Positions 12,106 through 23,077 are shown, counted from the stretch's first letter. The stretch is 64,000 nucleotides of DNA from Gammaproteobacteria bacterium (GCA_035513215.1 DATKCK010000106.1:15651-79650); one strand, 5' to 3'. A program made the numbers and translations. The notes: generated by a model from the letters alone, not told the origin.

Positions 12106-13302
12106 GTGGCCGGAGGCATACGCAAGGCTCTGATACTGCCGGGCGCCGGCGCGCGCGGCGCCTACCAGATCGGCGTGCTGAAAGCCGTTGCCGAGCTGCT
12201 GCCGGCGGACGCGCCATGTCCCTTCAGCGTTTTGTCCGGTACGTCCGCCGGGGCGATCAATGCAGCCGTGCTCGCGAGCCGGGCCGGAAGCTTCGTCACG
12301 GCCGTCCGCGACATGGAGCAGGTCTGGTCCGGATTCTCGGTCGATCAGGTCTACCGGGCCGACGTTCTCGCGATGCTCAAGGCGAGCCTGCACTGGTTTG
12401 CCACCATCGTTCTCGGCGGGCTGGGCAAGCACAATCCCGTCTCGCTGCTCGATTCCTCGCCGCTGGAAGAGCTGTTGCAAAAGCACATTCGGTTTCCGGG
12501 CATTGATCGTGCGATTCGTCGCGGACAGATAGAAGCGCTGGCAGTGACGGCTTCAGCGTACACGTCGTCGCGCTCGGTCACGTTCTACCAATGTCACGGC
12601 GATGCGCCGTCGTGGCGCAGGACGCGGCGGATCGGGCGCCCGACGATGGTTCGTGTCGAGCACTTGATGGCGAGCACGGCCGTACCGTTCATTTTTCCGG
12701 CTATCCGGATAGGCACCGAGTACTACGGCGACGGGTCGATGCGGCATCGCGCTCCGTTGAGCGCGGCGATCCATCTCGGCGCCGATCGCCTGCTCGTCGT
12801 CAGTGTGCGCGACGAGCACCCGGACCCGGAGCCCACACCCGGCGACGAGCCGGGCGCGCCGAGCCTCGCCCATCTGGCCGGCTACATGCTCGATTCCCTG
12901 TTCATGGACGGCCTCTATGGGGACCTCGAACGGATCACGCGCATCAATATGATTCTCGAGCAACTCGGCACCGGCGGGCTTCGCGGCCCGATCGCGAATC
13001 TCAGAAGAATCGACAGCATGATCGTGCTGCCGAGCGAGGACATTCGAAACGTCGCCGGGCGTCACGCCCACGAGCTGCCGCTGCCCGTGCGCCTGTTGCT
13101 GAAAGGTCTCGGCGCAACGAGTCGCGACGGCCGCCAGCTGATCAGCTATCTCCTCTTCGAGTCGGGCTTCACGAGGGAGCTCATCGACATGGGCTACAAA
13201 GACGGTCTCGCAAAACGAGACGAGCTCGAAGCTTTCCTTTTCGACGAATCGATGGACTCCCTCGAAGCGCCGCCGTACCTGCGCGCTGATCTGGAACACT
13301 GA
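12106..13302 (+). CDS. patatin-like phospholipase family protein
   Basis: I trimmed the track ORF (11899-13302) to the first start after the pyk stop, GTG 12106. Oxyanion motif GAGARGAYQIG, nucleophile elbow GTSAGA, catalytic Asp motif DGS. Confidence 0.8.
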   Translation: MAGGIRKALILPGAGARGAYQIGVLKAVAELLPADAPCPFSVLSGTSAGAINAAVLASRAGSFVTAVRDMEQVWSGFSVDQVYRADVLAMLKASLHWFATIVLGGLGKHNPVSLLDSSPLEELLQKHIRFPGIDRAIRRGQIEALAVTASAYTSSRSVTFYQCHGDAPSWRRTRRIGRPTMVRVEHLMASTAVPFIFPAIRIGTEYYGDGSMRHRAPLSAAIHLGADRLLVVSVRDEHPDPEPTPGDEPGAPSLAHLAGYMLDSLFMDGLYGDLERITRINMILEQLGTGGLRGPIANLRRIDSMIVLPSEDIRNVAGRHAHELPLPVRLLLKGLGATSRDGRQLISYLLFESGFTRELIDMGYKDGLAKRDELEAFLFDESMDSLEAPPYLRADLEH

Positions 13303-13340
13303 GCGGCTTTTCGCATCAGGAGGGGATCGCGAGAACGCCG

Positions 13341-13490
13341 GGCGTGCGCGTGAACACGGGGGCGCTCCGGCTCAGACAGTCCTCGCGCGTGGGGCGTCGG
13401 GGGCGCAGCCCTTTTCGAACGAACGACTCTAGCGCAGGTAGCGGGGCGCTGCGGAACTCGCCTGAGCACCCCCGTGTTCACGCACGCGCC
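13341..13490. repeat. long imperfect inverted repeat / structured GC-rich element in a convergent intergenic region
   Basis: Left arm GGCGTGCGCGTGAACACGGGGG (13341-13362). Right arm CCCCCGTGTTCACGCACGCGCC (13469-13490). They are complementary at 20 of 22 positions (one would be a G-U pair, one a C-A mismatch). Further pairing continues just inside the arms (GCTC / GAGC). The arms enclose about 105 nt. Confidence 0.6.
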
Positions 13491-13522
13491 CTGCTTGGTC
13501 GGGGGCTCTGAGGCGGGGGTGG

Positions 13523-14881
13523 TTAGAGTAGGACCAGGGTGCCGATGCCGAGGAAGCTGACGAGGCCGACGACGTCGGTGATCGTTGTCAGGACTACGCC
13601 GCCGGCGAGCGCGGGATCGATCCGCAGGCGCTTGAGGCAGACGGGGACGAGGAACCCGCTGATGGCCGCGAACAGGAGGCTGACGCTGAGCGCGAGCGCC
13701 ATGACGGCGCCGACCTTCCAGGTGCCAAACCACCACGAGGTGACGAGCGCGACGACGATCGCCCACCCCGCGGCGTTGAGCAGGCCGACGCCGACTTCCT
13801 TTTGCAGCAGCCAGCGGGCGTTGGCGCGCTCGATCTGTCCCAGCGCGATACCCCGGGTTATCAGGATCAGCGTTTGAGTTCCCGCTACGCCGCCCATGCT
13901 TGGAACGACGGGCATCAGGATGGCAAGCATTACGACCTGATCGAGCGTCGCTTCGAACAGGCCGGCGACCCAGGCGGCGAGAAACGCGGTCGCAAGGTTC
14001 ACGCCGAGCCAGATGGAACGCCTGCGCGCGCTGGTCGCAATCGGCGCAAACATATCGTCGTCCTCGTCGAGACCGGCCATGCTGAGAACGGAATGGCTGG
14101 CTTCCTCCCGGATGACGTCGAGCACGTCATCGACGTTGATACGGCCGACGAGCTTCCCTTGGTCGTCGATGACGGGCGCAAGGATCAGATCGTAGTTCTC
14201 GAAGAGCGTTGCGACCTGGGCGGCCTCCATGTTCGTGTCGAGGACCGGCAGATTCTTGTCCATGACATCGGCCACCCTGGCCTCGAGGTCCGCCGTGACC
14301 AGGCGTGTCAGCGGCAGCGAGCCGAGGTAATCGCCCCTGCGATTGACGACGAAAACGGCATCCATGCCGTCCGGTAACTTCCCGCGTATTCTGAGATATC
14401 GGAGAACGACCTCGAGCGTGACGTCGGCGCGGACCGTCACCGTTTCTGGGTTCATCAAGCCGCCGGCACTATCCTCGTCGTACTTGAGAACGCTCTGCAG
14501 CCGCAGCCTGTCGCTCGCATCGAGGGATCGCAGGACTTCGCGATTGATGGCCTCGGGCAACTCTGCAAGCAGGTCGGCGAGATCGTCGAGCTCGAGATTG
14601 GCAGTTGCAGCGACGAGCTCCTCGGTCTTCATCGCGCCGATCAGCGTCGCGCGAACCTCCTCGTTCAGCTCGACCAGTACGTCGCCCTCGTCCTCGGTCG
14701 AGATCAGCTCCCAGACGACCCGGCGCTGCGCAGGCGGCAGCGACTCGAGCAGGTCCGCGATCTCGCCGGGGTTGAGCGAATTGACCATCCGCCTGAGCTG
14801 GCGCATGGCGCCGGTTTCGAGCGCCTCCTGTAGCGCTTTCAGCGAGGTTGAAACCGTGCTCGATTCCGGCGTGCGGTTCAT
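13523..14881 (-). CDS. mgtE: magnesium transporter MgtE
   Basis: 452 aa. N-terminal MgtE-N domain, tandem CBS domains, and a C-terminal 5-TM domain with PVVPSMGGVAGTQT and TDVVGLVSFLG. The start ATG overlaps the rapZ stop (ATGA at 14878-14881). Confidence 0.93.
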   Translation of the reverse strand: MNRTPESSTVSTSLKALQEALETGAMRQLRRMVNSLNPGEIADLLESLPPAQRRVVWELISTEDEGDVLVELNEEVRATLIGAMKTEELVAATANLELDDLADLLAELPEAINREVLRSLDASDRLRLQSVLKYDEDSAGGLMNPETVTVRADVTLEVVLRYLRIRGKLPDGMDAVFVVNRRGDYLGSLPLTRLVTADLEARVADVMDKNLPVLDTNMEAAQVATLFENYDLILAPVIDDQGKLVGRINVDDVLDVIREEASHSVLSMAGLDEDDDMFAPIATSARRRSIWLGVNLATAFLAAWVAGLFEATLDQVVMLAILMPVVPSMGGVAGTQTLILITRGIALGQIERANARWLLQKEVGVGLLNAAGWAIVVALVTSWWFGTWKVGAVMALALSVSLLFAAISGFLVPVCLKRLRIDPALAGGVVLTTITDVVGLVSFLGIGTLVLL

Positions 14882-15741
14882 CGTCCCGGCAGCTCGTGAT
14901 GCAGGGTTTGTATCTGCCCATAGCTCGCCGAAAGCTCATTCGCGAGCCTGTCTGCGATATAGACGGAGCGATGCTGACCTCCGGTGCAACCGATTGCGAC
15001 CGTCAGGTAGCTGCGCTGAAAGTCCTCGTACCTGGGAATCCAGATCCTCAGGAAGGCCGCGATGTCGTCGATCATCTTTGCGACTTCGGGCTCCGACCCA
15101 AGAAACGCCTTGACCTCTTCGTCCCGGCCGCACTTGTCGCGCAGCTCCGGAACCCAGTAGGGGTTCGGAAGGCAACGGACATCGAAAACGAAGTCTGCAT
15201 CCGCGGGCAGACCGTGCTTGTAGCCGAAGGATTCGATCAGTATCGACAGCCGATGCGGCTCCCGTTTCCCCACGCGTTCCCGGATGCGCCCCCTGAGCTC
15301 ATGGGCGGAGGTCTTGCTGGTATCGATGAGTACGTCAGCGGCATTGATGATCGACCCGAGCAGATCGCGCTCCTTGGCGATGGCTTCGCGCAGACCGGCT
15401 CCCTGAACCGACAGCGGATGCTTGCGCCTGGTTTCGCTGAATCGCGACATGAGCACTTCGTCGTCGGCCAGCAGGAACAACAGCTCGCAGTCGATGCCCG
15501 ACGCCTTCAGGTCCCCGATCAGACCGGGCACGCGGTCCACGTCATCCGGACGATTGCGCGCATCGAGGCCGACGCCGACGTTCTCGAAGACGCTGTCACA
15601 ACGCTCGAGGATGTGCTTGATCAGCGCATTGAGAAGTCCCGCGGGGATGTTGTCTACGCAGTAGAAGTCGAGATCTTCGAGCGCATGCAGGGCCACGCTC
15701 TTGCCCGAGCCCGAGAAGCCGCTAATGACGATGACACGCAC
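14878..15741 (-). CDS. rapZ: RNase adapter protein RapZ (YhbJ)
   Basis: 287 aa. MRVIVISGFSGSGKSVALHALEDLDFYCVDNIP, and the C-terminal GCTGGQHRSV motif. Confidence 0.93.
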   Translation of the reverse strand: MRVIVISGFSGSGKSVALHALEDLDFYCVDNIPAGLLNALIKHILERCDSVFENVGVGLDARNRPDDVDRVPGLIGDLKASGIDCELLFLLADDEVLMSRFSETRRKHPLSVQGAGLREAIAKERDLLGSIINAADVLIDTSKTSAHELRGRIRERVGKREPHRLSILIESFGYKHGLPADADFVFDVRCLPNPYWVPELRDKCGRDEEVKAFLGSEPEVAKMIDDIAAFLRIWIPRYEDFQRSYLTVAIGCTGGQHRSVYIADRLANELSASYGQIQTLHHELPGR

Positions 15742-15758
15742 TTTCGCGGCTGCCGCGC

Positions 15759-16079
15759 TCAGCGGGAACGAGACTTGCCTGCTTCGCGCGCATGATGATC
15801 GGTCAGCTTCTCCTTGTGCTTGGTGACCTGCCGGCTCAGCTTGTCGACCAAAGCATCCACCGCCGCATACATATCCTCATCGATTGCGTCGGCATGAATC
15901 GTTCCGCCACTGAGATGCACGGTCGCTTCGGCCTTGTGTCGAAGCTTTTCGACCGTGAGTATGCAGTGAATGTTCGTAAGATGATCGAAATGGCGCCCGA
16001 CTTTGGCAAGCTTCGATTCAATCTTGTTCTTTAGCGCTGGCGTCACGTCTATGTGATGGCCGGTGATAGTGAGCTGCAT
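15759..16079 (-). CDS. hpf: ribosome hibernation promoting factor (sigma-54 modulation protein, short form)
   Basis: 106 aa. MQLTITGHHIDVTPALKNKIESKL... Positioned immediately downstream of rpoN. Confidence 0.92.
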   Translation of the reverse strand: MQLTITGHHIDVTPALKNKIESKLAKVGRHFDHLTNIHCILTVEKLRHKAEATVHLSGGTIHADAIDEDMYAAVDALVDKLSRQVTKHKEKLTDHHAREAGKSRSR

Positions 16080-16090
16080 GATCGACTCCT

Positions 16091-17497
16091 TTAACTTGCA
16101 AGGTTGGTCTTCCTTCTTTCGCTGGAAGACGGGATGTTCATGGCCTCCCTGTATTTTGCAATCGTCCGCCTCGCGATCTTTACCCCGTCTTCCGAAAGCA
16201 GTTTGGCGATCTGATTATCGCTCATCGGCTTGGTCGGATTCTCGCCGCTTATCAACTTGCGAATCTTCGCGCGTACCGCGATCGATGACTGCTCGCCCTC
16301 GTCTCCCGCGACGTGACTCGAGAAGAAGTAGCGAAACTCGAAGACGCCGCGAGGCGTGTGCATGAACTTGTTGGTCGTGACACGCGAAACAGTCGACTCG
16401 TGCATCTCTATCGCCTCGGCGATGTCCCTGAGCACCATCGGCCGCATGTGTTCGTCGCCGTGCTCGAGAAACTCGGTCTGCCGCTGAACGATCGTGTGGG
16501 CGACCTTGAGCAGGGTCTCGTTGCGGATTTCGAGGCTGCGAATCAGCCACCGCGCTTCCTGAAGCTGAACTTTCAGGGCATCGTACTCTCCGCCGCGTCC
16601 GAGGGAGCCGGCATAGAGATCGTTGACCTTGAGTCTCGGAGCCAGCGATCCGTTGAGCTCGACGGTCCAGGTGCCGTCGATTTTGCGGACGAAGACGTCC
16701 GGCACGACGTACTCGGCGGCAGACGCATAAATCGCCGACCCGGGACGGGGATGACAGGCCCTGACCAGCGCGAGCGCCTCGTCGATCTCGTCCTCGGAAG
16801 ACTGGAGCACGCGGCGGAGCTGCGAATACTGGTGGTCCGCGACGAGCTCGAGGTGATTGCCGGCTATCTTCTCGGCGAGCTCGATTCCCGGGGTTGCGCG
16901 ATCGAGCTGATTCAATTGCAAGAGCACGCATTCGCTGACCGATCGTGCCGCGACGCCGACCGGGTCGAAGTTCTGAACAACGCGCAGAACCTCCTCGATC
17001 TCGTCCGTGGTCGTCAGAACATCGGGGGCCAGCGTCGCACGAATCTCCTCGAGGTCGTCATTGACGTAACCGTCCTCGTTGATCGCATCGATGATGGCCT
17101 GGCCTATGGTCGTGGTTCTCGAGTCGAGATTCTCGAGCTCCAGCTGCCAGAGCAGATGGTCCTTGAGGGTCTCTTCCGTGCGGTCGGCTTGCTCGAAGGT
17201 CAGATTCGAGTCGCTGGAGCGTACGGTATCGGCCGGCCCCGTCCGCTGTACCTCGTCCCAATCGGGCTCCTCCGCGGCGACCTCGGCGACCTCGTTCGGC
17301 TCTTCGCTTTCGGCGACTTCGGGCGCCTCGGCCGCGGCGGGTTCCTCGACCTCGAGCATGATGTTCTGCTCGAGCGCATCGTGGATCTGGGTCTGCAGCT
17401 CCATGACGGGTAGCTGCAACAAGCGGATCGCCTGCTGAAGCTGAGGCGTCATCGTCAACTGCTGACTGAGCCTTAGCTGTAGCGACGGTTTCAGCAT
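16091..17497 (-). CDS. rpoN: RNA polymerase sigma-54 factor
   Basis: 468 aa. N-terminal region I LRLSQQLTMTPQLQQAIRLLQL, and the C-terminal RpoN box ARRTIAKYRE. Confidence 0.97.
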   Translation of the reverse strand: MLKPSLQLRLSQQLTMTPQLQQAIRLLQLPVMELQTQIHDALEQNIMLEVEEPAAAEAPEVAESEEPNEVAEVAAEEPDWDEVQRTGPADTVRSSDSNLTFEQADRTEETLKDHLLWQLELENLDSRTTTIGQAIIDAINEDGYVNDDLEEIRATLAPDVLTTTDEIEEVLRVVQNFDPVGVAARSVSECVLLQLNQLDRATPGIELAEKIAGNHLELVADHQYSQLRRVLQSSEDEIDEALALVRACHPRPGSAIYASAAEYVVPDVFVRKIDGTWTVELNGSLAPRLKVNDLYAGSLGRGGEYDALKVQLQEARWLIRSLEIRNETLLKVAHTIVQRQTEFLEHGDEHMRPMVLRDIAEAIEMHESTVSRVTTNKFMHTPRGVFEFRYFFSSHVAGDEGEQSSIAVRAKIRKLISGENPTKPMSDNQIAKLLSEDGVKIARRTIAKYREAMNIPSSSERRKTNLAS

Positions 17498-17509
17498 GTG
17501 TCCGCCGGC

Positions 17510-18235
17510 TTAAAGCGAGAATCCTTCACCAAGATAGACTTCCCTGACGTTCTTGTTCGCGAGCACTTCGTCCGGCGTGCCCGAGGCCATCAACTGCCCT
17601 TCGTTGACGATATAGGCGTGGCCGCAAATTCCAAGTGTTTCGCGCACATTATGATCGGTGATCAGGACACCGATGCCGCGTTGGCTCAGGTGCCTGATGA
17701 TGCGTTGAATATCGAGCACCGAAATCGGGTCGACGCCAGCGAACGGCTCATCGAGCAGAATGAACTTGGGGTCGGTCGCGAGAGCCCTGGCAATCTCGAC
17801 GCGGCGGCGCTCGCCGCCGGAAAGGCTGATGCCGATGCTGTCGCGTACATGGCTGATATGGAGCTCCTCGAGAAGCTGCTCCAGATGTGCCTGCCGATCG
17901 GCTCTTCTGAGATTGCGTCTCGTTTCCAGAATGGCCTTGATGTTGTCGGTAACCGTCATGCCGCGAAAAATCGACGCTTCCTGCGGCAGGTAGCCGAGCC
18001 CAAGCCGCGCCCTCCTGTGCACGGGAAGACGCGAAATGTCGCGTCCGTTGAGTTCTATGCTGCCGGCATCGCAGCTTACGAGCCCGACGATCATATAAAA
18101 GGCCGTGGTCTTGCCGGCGCCGTTCGGCCCGAGCAGGCCGACGACGTCGCCGCTTTCGATGCTCAGTGACAGGCTCTTGACTACCTCGCGGCGCCGATAG
18201 CGCTTGGCGATCCCGCGCGCCTCGAGCCTGCTCAT
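17510..18235 (-). CDS. lptB: LPS export ABC transporter ATP-binding protein LptB
   Basis: I trimmed the track ORF (to 18307) to [13 protein letters not shown] at 18235, which overlaps the lptA stop as ATGA. Walker [10 protein letters not shown], signature LSGGERRR, Walker B ILLDEP. Confidence 0.95.
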   Translation of the reverse strand: MSRLEARGIAKRYRRREVVKSLSLSIESGDVVGLLGPNGAGKTTAFYMIVGLVSCDAGSIELNGRDISRLPVHRRARLGLGYLPQEASIFRGMTVTDNIKAILETRRNLRRADRQAHLEQLLEELHISHVRDSIGISLSGGERRRVEIARALATDPKFILLDEPFAGVDPISVLDIQRIIRHLSQRGIGVLITDHNVRETLGICGHAYIVNEGQLMASGTPDEVLANKNVREVYLGEGFSL

Positions 18236-18891
18236 GGCGACTCGTCTTGGCCTTGAGGGTCGCTGCTCTCCTCCGGCGGCGCCAGTCGAAACAGAACGCC
18301 GCTGCAATTGTCGCTGCCGCCACCGCTGTAGTTCTTTTCGACGAAGTTGTAGATCCAGTCGCAGCCCATGACTTCGTTTTCGCCGATCACGAGTGTGGCT
18401 TCGCCGATGAGGCGAACCGTCCCGCTTCTATTGTCGTAGGAAACGCTTTGCGCCGTGCCCCTAATCGGCGTCTCGCGTTCCTCGATATAGTCCGACATCA
18501 CGACCGGATTGCCGCTGAGCTCGCCGAACACGAGTTCACCGGTTTCGAACGTCAGCATCGCCTCGTTCGCCTGAATCTCCGTGGTGTCGAACAAAAGCTG
18601 CACGCCCTCGGTCAGTCTCCAGTGGCTGCCCCCGGTGTCGCTCTGGCTCATGGTGGCGCGGCCTGCCGATATCTCGTTCATCTCGTCGGCGAACCTGAAG
18701 CCCACGCAGACGGCCTCGTTGCTGCGCGCGTTGCCGGAAATCTCGGTGCAGCTATATTCGAGACCATTGATCGTCGTCTCCTGACTCTCGGCGTTCAGGA
18801 CGAGCAGGCCGAGCGCCAGGATGCCGCTACCGCGCCTGATGGACCGTGACATCTCGCTCATCCGAGTCATTCGAGCCGAGTTTCCATTCAT
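18232..18891 (-). CDS. lptA: LPS transport periplasmic protein LptA (OstA-like)
   Basis: 219 aa at the maximal ORF; the likely start is a few codons in (e.g. 18852, [19 protein letters not shown], which would be the signal peptide). Beta-jellyroll-like sequence located between lptC and lptB. Confidence 0.8.
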   Translation of the reverse strand: MNGNSARMTRMSEMSRSIRRGSGILALGLLVLNAESQETTINGLEYSCTEISGNARSNEAVCVGFRFADEMNEISAGRATMSQSDTGGSHWRLTEGVQLLFDTTEIQANEAMLTFETGELVFGELSGNPVVMSDYIEERETPIRGTAQSVSYDNRSGTVRLIGEATLVIGENEVMGCDWIYNFVEKNYSGGGSDNCSGVLFRLAPPEESSDPQGQDESP

Positions 18892-19411
18892 CGGTATCCA
18901 GGTTCAGCTCCAGGCCTTTCGCCGCAACCGACAGGCGGCCTTTCCTCATCGTCACCGGTTGATTCGTGGACGCGAAATACGCTCCGGCGTCCAGGTGCAA
19001 CTCGTTCGTTTCAAAAATCGTCTCGTCCTGATCGGCTTCGGCTGCATAGACGAGGCGAACACCTTCGGTCAGCCGTAATGCGTCGCGGTCGGCATCGGCG
19101 AAACCGCGCGCCGCGGACACGTCCCAGCGAACGTTCGAGTCGGGCGTATATTCTACGCGCATCCCCTCGAGCACGAAGTCCGCGCCCTCTGCTTCCTGCT
19201 CGACCCGATCGGCGAGGATGCGGTACGAAAGCCGGCCCTCGTCATCCGTGCGGTGCATCACGGCGCCCAAAAGGTAATAGCTTTGCGGCGCCGGACCCGG
19301 GTCGGCAGTCGCCGCGTCGCGTTCCGCCGAAACGCGGGCCAGCACCCAGGTCAAGAGCGCACTGCCCGCGAGGATGGCGAAGAGCAGCAGATTCCGTGGG
19401 TTGGCTCCCAT
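18827..19411 (-). CDS. lptC: LPS export system protein LptC
   Basis: 194 aa. A single N-terminal TM (LLLFAILAGSALLTWVL) followed by a periplasmic domain. The call rests mainly on architecture and on its position upstream of lptA-lptB. Confidence 0.7.
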   Translation of the reverse strand: MGANPRNLLLFAILAGSALLTWVLARVSAERDAATADPGPAPQSYYLLGAVMHRTDDEGRLSYRILADRVEQEAEGADFVLEGMRVEYTPDSNVRWDVSAARGFADADRDALRLTEGVRLVYAAEADQDETIFETNELHLDAGAYFASTNQPVTMRKGRLSVAAKGLELNLDTDEWKLGSNDSDERDVTVHQAR

Positions 19412-19456
19412 TTGGGATAGACTATCAGGCTTCCCGGTTCATGATGCGCGTCCTCC

Positions 19457-19699
19457 ATGGATCCCAACGAGATCGCAAGCCTGATCGAGCAGGGCCTTGA
19501 GAATGCCACGGCGCGAGTCGTGACCGATGGCCAGGGCCATTACGAGGCAGTCGTCGTTAGTCCCGCGTTCGAAGGTAAGCGTAGCCTGCCGCGACACCAG
19601 ATGGTTTACGCGACGCTCGGCAGCCGGGTCGGGCGCGAGATCCACGCCCTGGCCGTGAAGACCTACACGCCGGACGAGTGGCGGGCCGAGCAGGCATGA
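19457..19699 (+). CDS. ibaG: BolA-family protein (IbaG/YrbA type)
   Basis: 80 aa. GHYEAVVVSPAFEGKRSLPRHQMVY...IHALAVKTYTPDEW. Directly upstream of murA, as in other Gammaproteobacteria. Confidence 0.85.
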   Translation: MDPNEIASLIEQGLENATARVVTDGQGHYEAVVVSPAFEGKRSLPRHQMVYATLGSRVGREIHALAVKTYTPDEWRAEQA

Positions 19700-21004
<1,305 letters not shown>

Positions 21005-21091
21005 ACGGGGCCTCGGTCTCAGCTTCCGACGAAAGGATCGCGCTCGACGGCTAGCAACCGGCCTCGGTGGTCAGGTTCGGCGGACGCTGTG

Positions 21092-21097
21092 TATAAT
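21092..21097 (+). promoter_or_regulatory. candidate -10 hexamer (TATAAT) upstream of petA
   Basis: A perfect TATAAT about 125 nt upstream of the petA start. I see no good -35, so this is weak. Confidence 0.3.
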
Positions 21098-21223
21098 CGC
21101 GCGACACCCAGACCGGTTGGCAGAGCCTCATCGCGGGACTTCGAAAGCAGAGGTTGCCGGCAAACAAATGCAAAGTGCGAGTCCGGAGGCAGACGTGACG
21201 TCTCTCCGAGCGGCTAGGAGTGC

Positions 21224-21820
21224 TTGATGACAGAAAGTTCGGGGTTTACCAGGCGCCATTTTCTGACCGTCGCGACAGTGGTGACGGCTGGCGCCGGGAC
21301 GGCTGCCACGGCCGTGCCCTTCGTTGCTTCGTTCAAGCCGAGCGCCCGCGCGCAGGCGCTGGGCGCGCCGGTAGAGCGGGACGTCAGCAGGCTCGAGCCG
21401 GGCGGCATGGTCCGGGTCGAGTGGCGCGGCAGGGTGATCTTCATCCTGCGAAGAACTGAAGCCATGCTCGCGAAGCTCGACGAGCTCAACGACCTGCTCG
21501 CGGACCCGAACTCGGAGAACGTCGAGCAGCAGCCGGAATATGCGATGAATGTCCACCGCAGCATCAAGCGCGAATACCTCGTGGTCGAAGGCGTCTGCAC
21601 GCATTTCGGTTGCGCGCCGGTGGCCCGGTTCGAGCTCGGACCCGCCGATCTCGGGGCCGACTGGCCCGGCGGCTTCTTCTGCCCCTGCCATGGTTCGAAA
21701 TTCGATCTCGCGGGACGGGTCTTCAGCGGTGTCCCGGCGCCGGACAATCTCAGAGTGCCGCCGCATCGGTATGTCAACGACACGACGATCCTGATCGGCG
21801 TCGACACGGGGAGCGCGTAA
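21224..21820 (+). CDS. petA: ubiquinol-cytochrome c reductase, Rieske iron-sulfur subunit
   Basis: 198 aa. Tat-type signal RRHFLTVATVV. Rieske boxes CTHFGC and CPCHGSKF. Confidence 0.93.
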   Translation: MMTESSGFTRRHFLTVATVVTAGAGTAATAVPFVASFKPSARAQALGAPVERDVSRLEPGGMVRVEWRGRVIFILRRTEAMLAKLDELNDLLADPNSENVEQQPEYAMNVHRSIKREYLVVEGVCTHFGCAPVARFELGPADLGADWPGGFFCPCHGSKFDLAGRVFSGVPAPDNLRVPPHRYVNDTTILIGVDTGSA

Positions 21821-23077
21821 ATGGCAGCGACCGAAGCCGACGTATTCGATCGCCTCGGACGGCGGCTCAGCGCCTTTGGGGCGTGGATCGATGCGCGCTT
21901 CCCGATGACGAAGCTGATCAGGGAGCACGCAACCGAGTACTACGCCGCAAAAAACTTCAACTTCTGGTATGGCTTCGGCGTTATCGCCACCGTCGTGCTC
22001 GTCATTCAGATCGTCACGGGCATTTTCCTGACGATGAATTACAAGCCGTCCGCGGCCGAGGCATTCGCGTCCGTCGAATACATCATGCGAGATGTCGAGT
22101 GGGGCTGGCTGATTCGCTACCTCCACTCGACGGGTGCCTCGGCATTCTTCATCGTCGTCTACCTGCACATGTTCCGGGGACTGCTATACGGTTCCTACAA
22201 GAAGCCGCGGGAGCTCGTCTGGATCATCGGCATGTTCATCTATCTTTGCCTGATGGCGGAAGCCTTCTTCGGCTACATCCTGCCGTGGGGCAACATGTCG
22301 TACTGGGGCGCCCAGGTCATCGTCAACCTGTTCGGAACGATCCCCTGGGTCGGCGAGGGCATCGCCGAGTGGCTGCGGGGCGATTTCTACATTTCGGACA
22401 TCACGCTCAACCGATTCTTCGCCTTTCACGTGATCGCGATGCCGCTGCTGCTCGTGTTGCTGGTAGTCATGCACATCATGGCTCTGCATGAGGTCGGGTC
22501 GAACAATCCCGACGGCATCGAGATCAAGGAGCACAAGGGCCCCGACGGCAAGCCGATCGACGGCATCGCGTTCCACCCCTATCACACCAGCAAGGATCTC
22601 GTCATCGTCGTGATCTTCCTGATCGCGTTCGCAGCGGTCGTGTTCTTCGCCCCCGAGATGGGCGGCTACTTCCTCGAGCACGCGAACTTCGATGCGGCCG
22701 ATACGCTGGCGACTCCCGAGCACATCGCACCGGTTTGGTATTTCACGCCGTTCTACGCGATCCTGAGAGCCGTCGACAACAAGCTGCTTGGGGCCATTCT
22801 GATGGGCGCCGCCGTGCTGCTGCCGTTCTTCCTGCCGTGGCTCGATCGCTGCCGCGTCAAGTCGATTCGCTACCGAAGCTGGATATACAAGACGGCGCTG
22901 GGGCTTTTCGCGATCAGCTTTCTGGCGCTCGGCTATCTCGGTCTGCAAGTGCCGACCGATCTTTACAAGCTGCTCGGGCAGATCTTTACGACGATCTACT
23001 TCGCCTTCTTCATACTGATGCCTTACTACTCCGCCATCGAAACGACCAAGCCCGTTCCGACCCGGGTGACGAAATGA
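21821..23077 (+). CDS. petB: cytochrome b (bc1 complex)
   Basis: 418 aa. NFNFWYGFG, the His ligands in RYLHSTGAS and HVIAMPLL, and the PEWYF-like PVWYFTPFY. Confidence 0.95.
   Translation: MAATEADVFDRLGRRLSAFGAWIDARFPMTKLIREHATEYYAAKNFNFWYGFGVIATVVLVIQIVTGIFLTMNYKPSAAEAFASVEYIMRDVEWGWLIRYLHSTGASAFFIVVYLHMFRGLLYGSYKKPRELVWIIGMFIYLCLMAEAFFGYILPWGNMSYWGAQVIVNLFGTIPWVGEGIAEWLRGDFYISDITLNRFFAFHVIAMPLLLVLLVVMHIMALHEVGSNNPDGIEIKEHKGPDGKPIDGIAFHPYHTSKDLVIVVIFLIAFAAVVFFAPEMGGYFLEHANFDAADTLATPEHIAPVWYFTPFYAILRAVDNKLLGAILMGAAVLLPFFLPWLDRCRVKSIRYRSWIYKTALGLFAISFLALGYLGLQVPTDLYKLLGQIFTTIYFAFFILMPYYSAIETTKPVPTRVTK

Noticed and set aside
13303-13522. Considered whether the structured element next to mgtE is an Mg2+ riboswitch (M-box/ykoK).
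   Set aside because: It lies at the 3' end of mgtE, not in its leader. The mgtE start codon overlaps the rapZ stop, leaving no 5' UTR. I also do not recognise M-box conserved sequence in the element.
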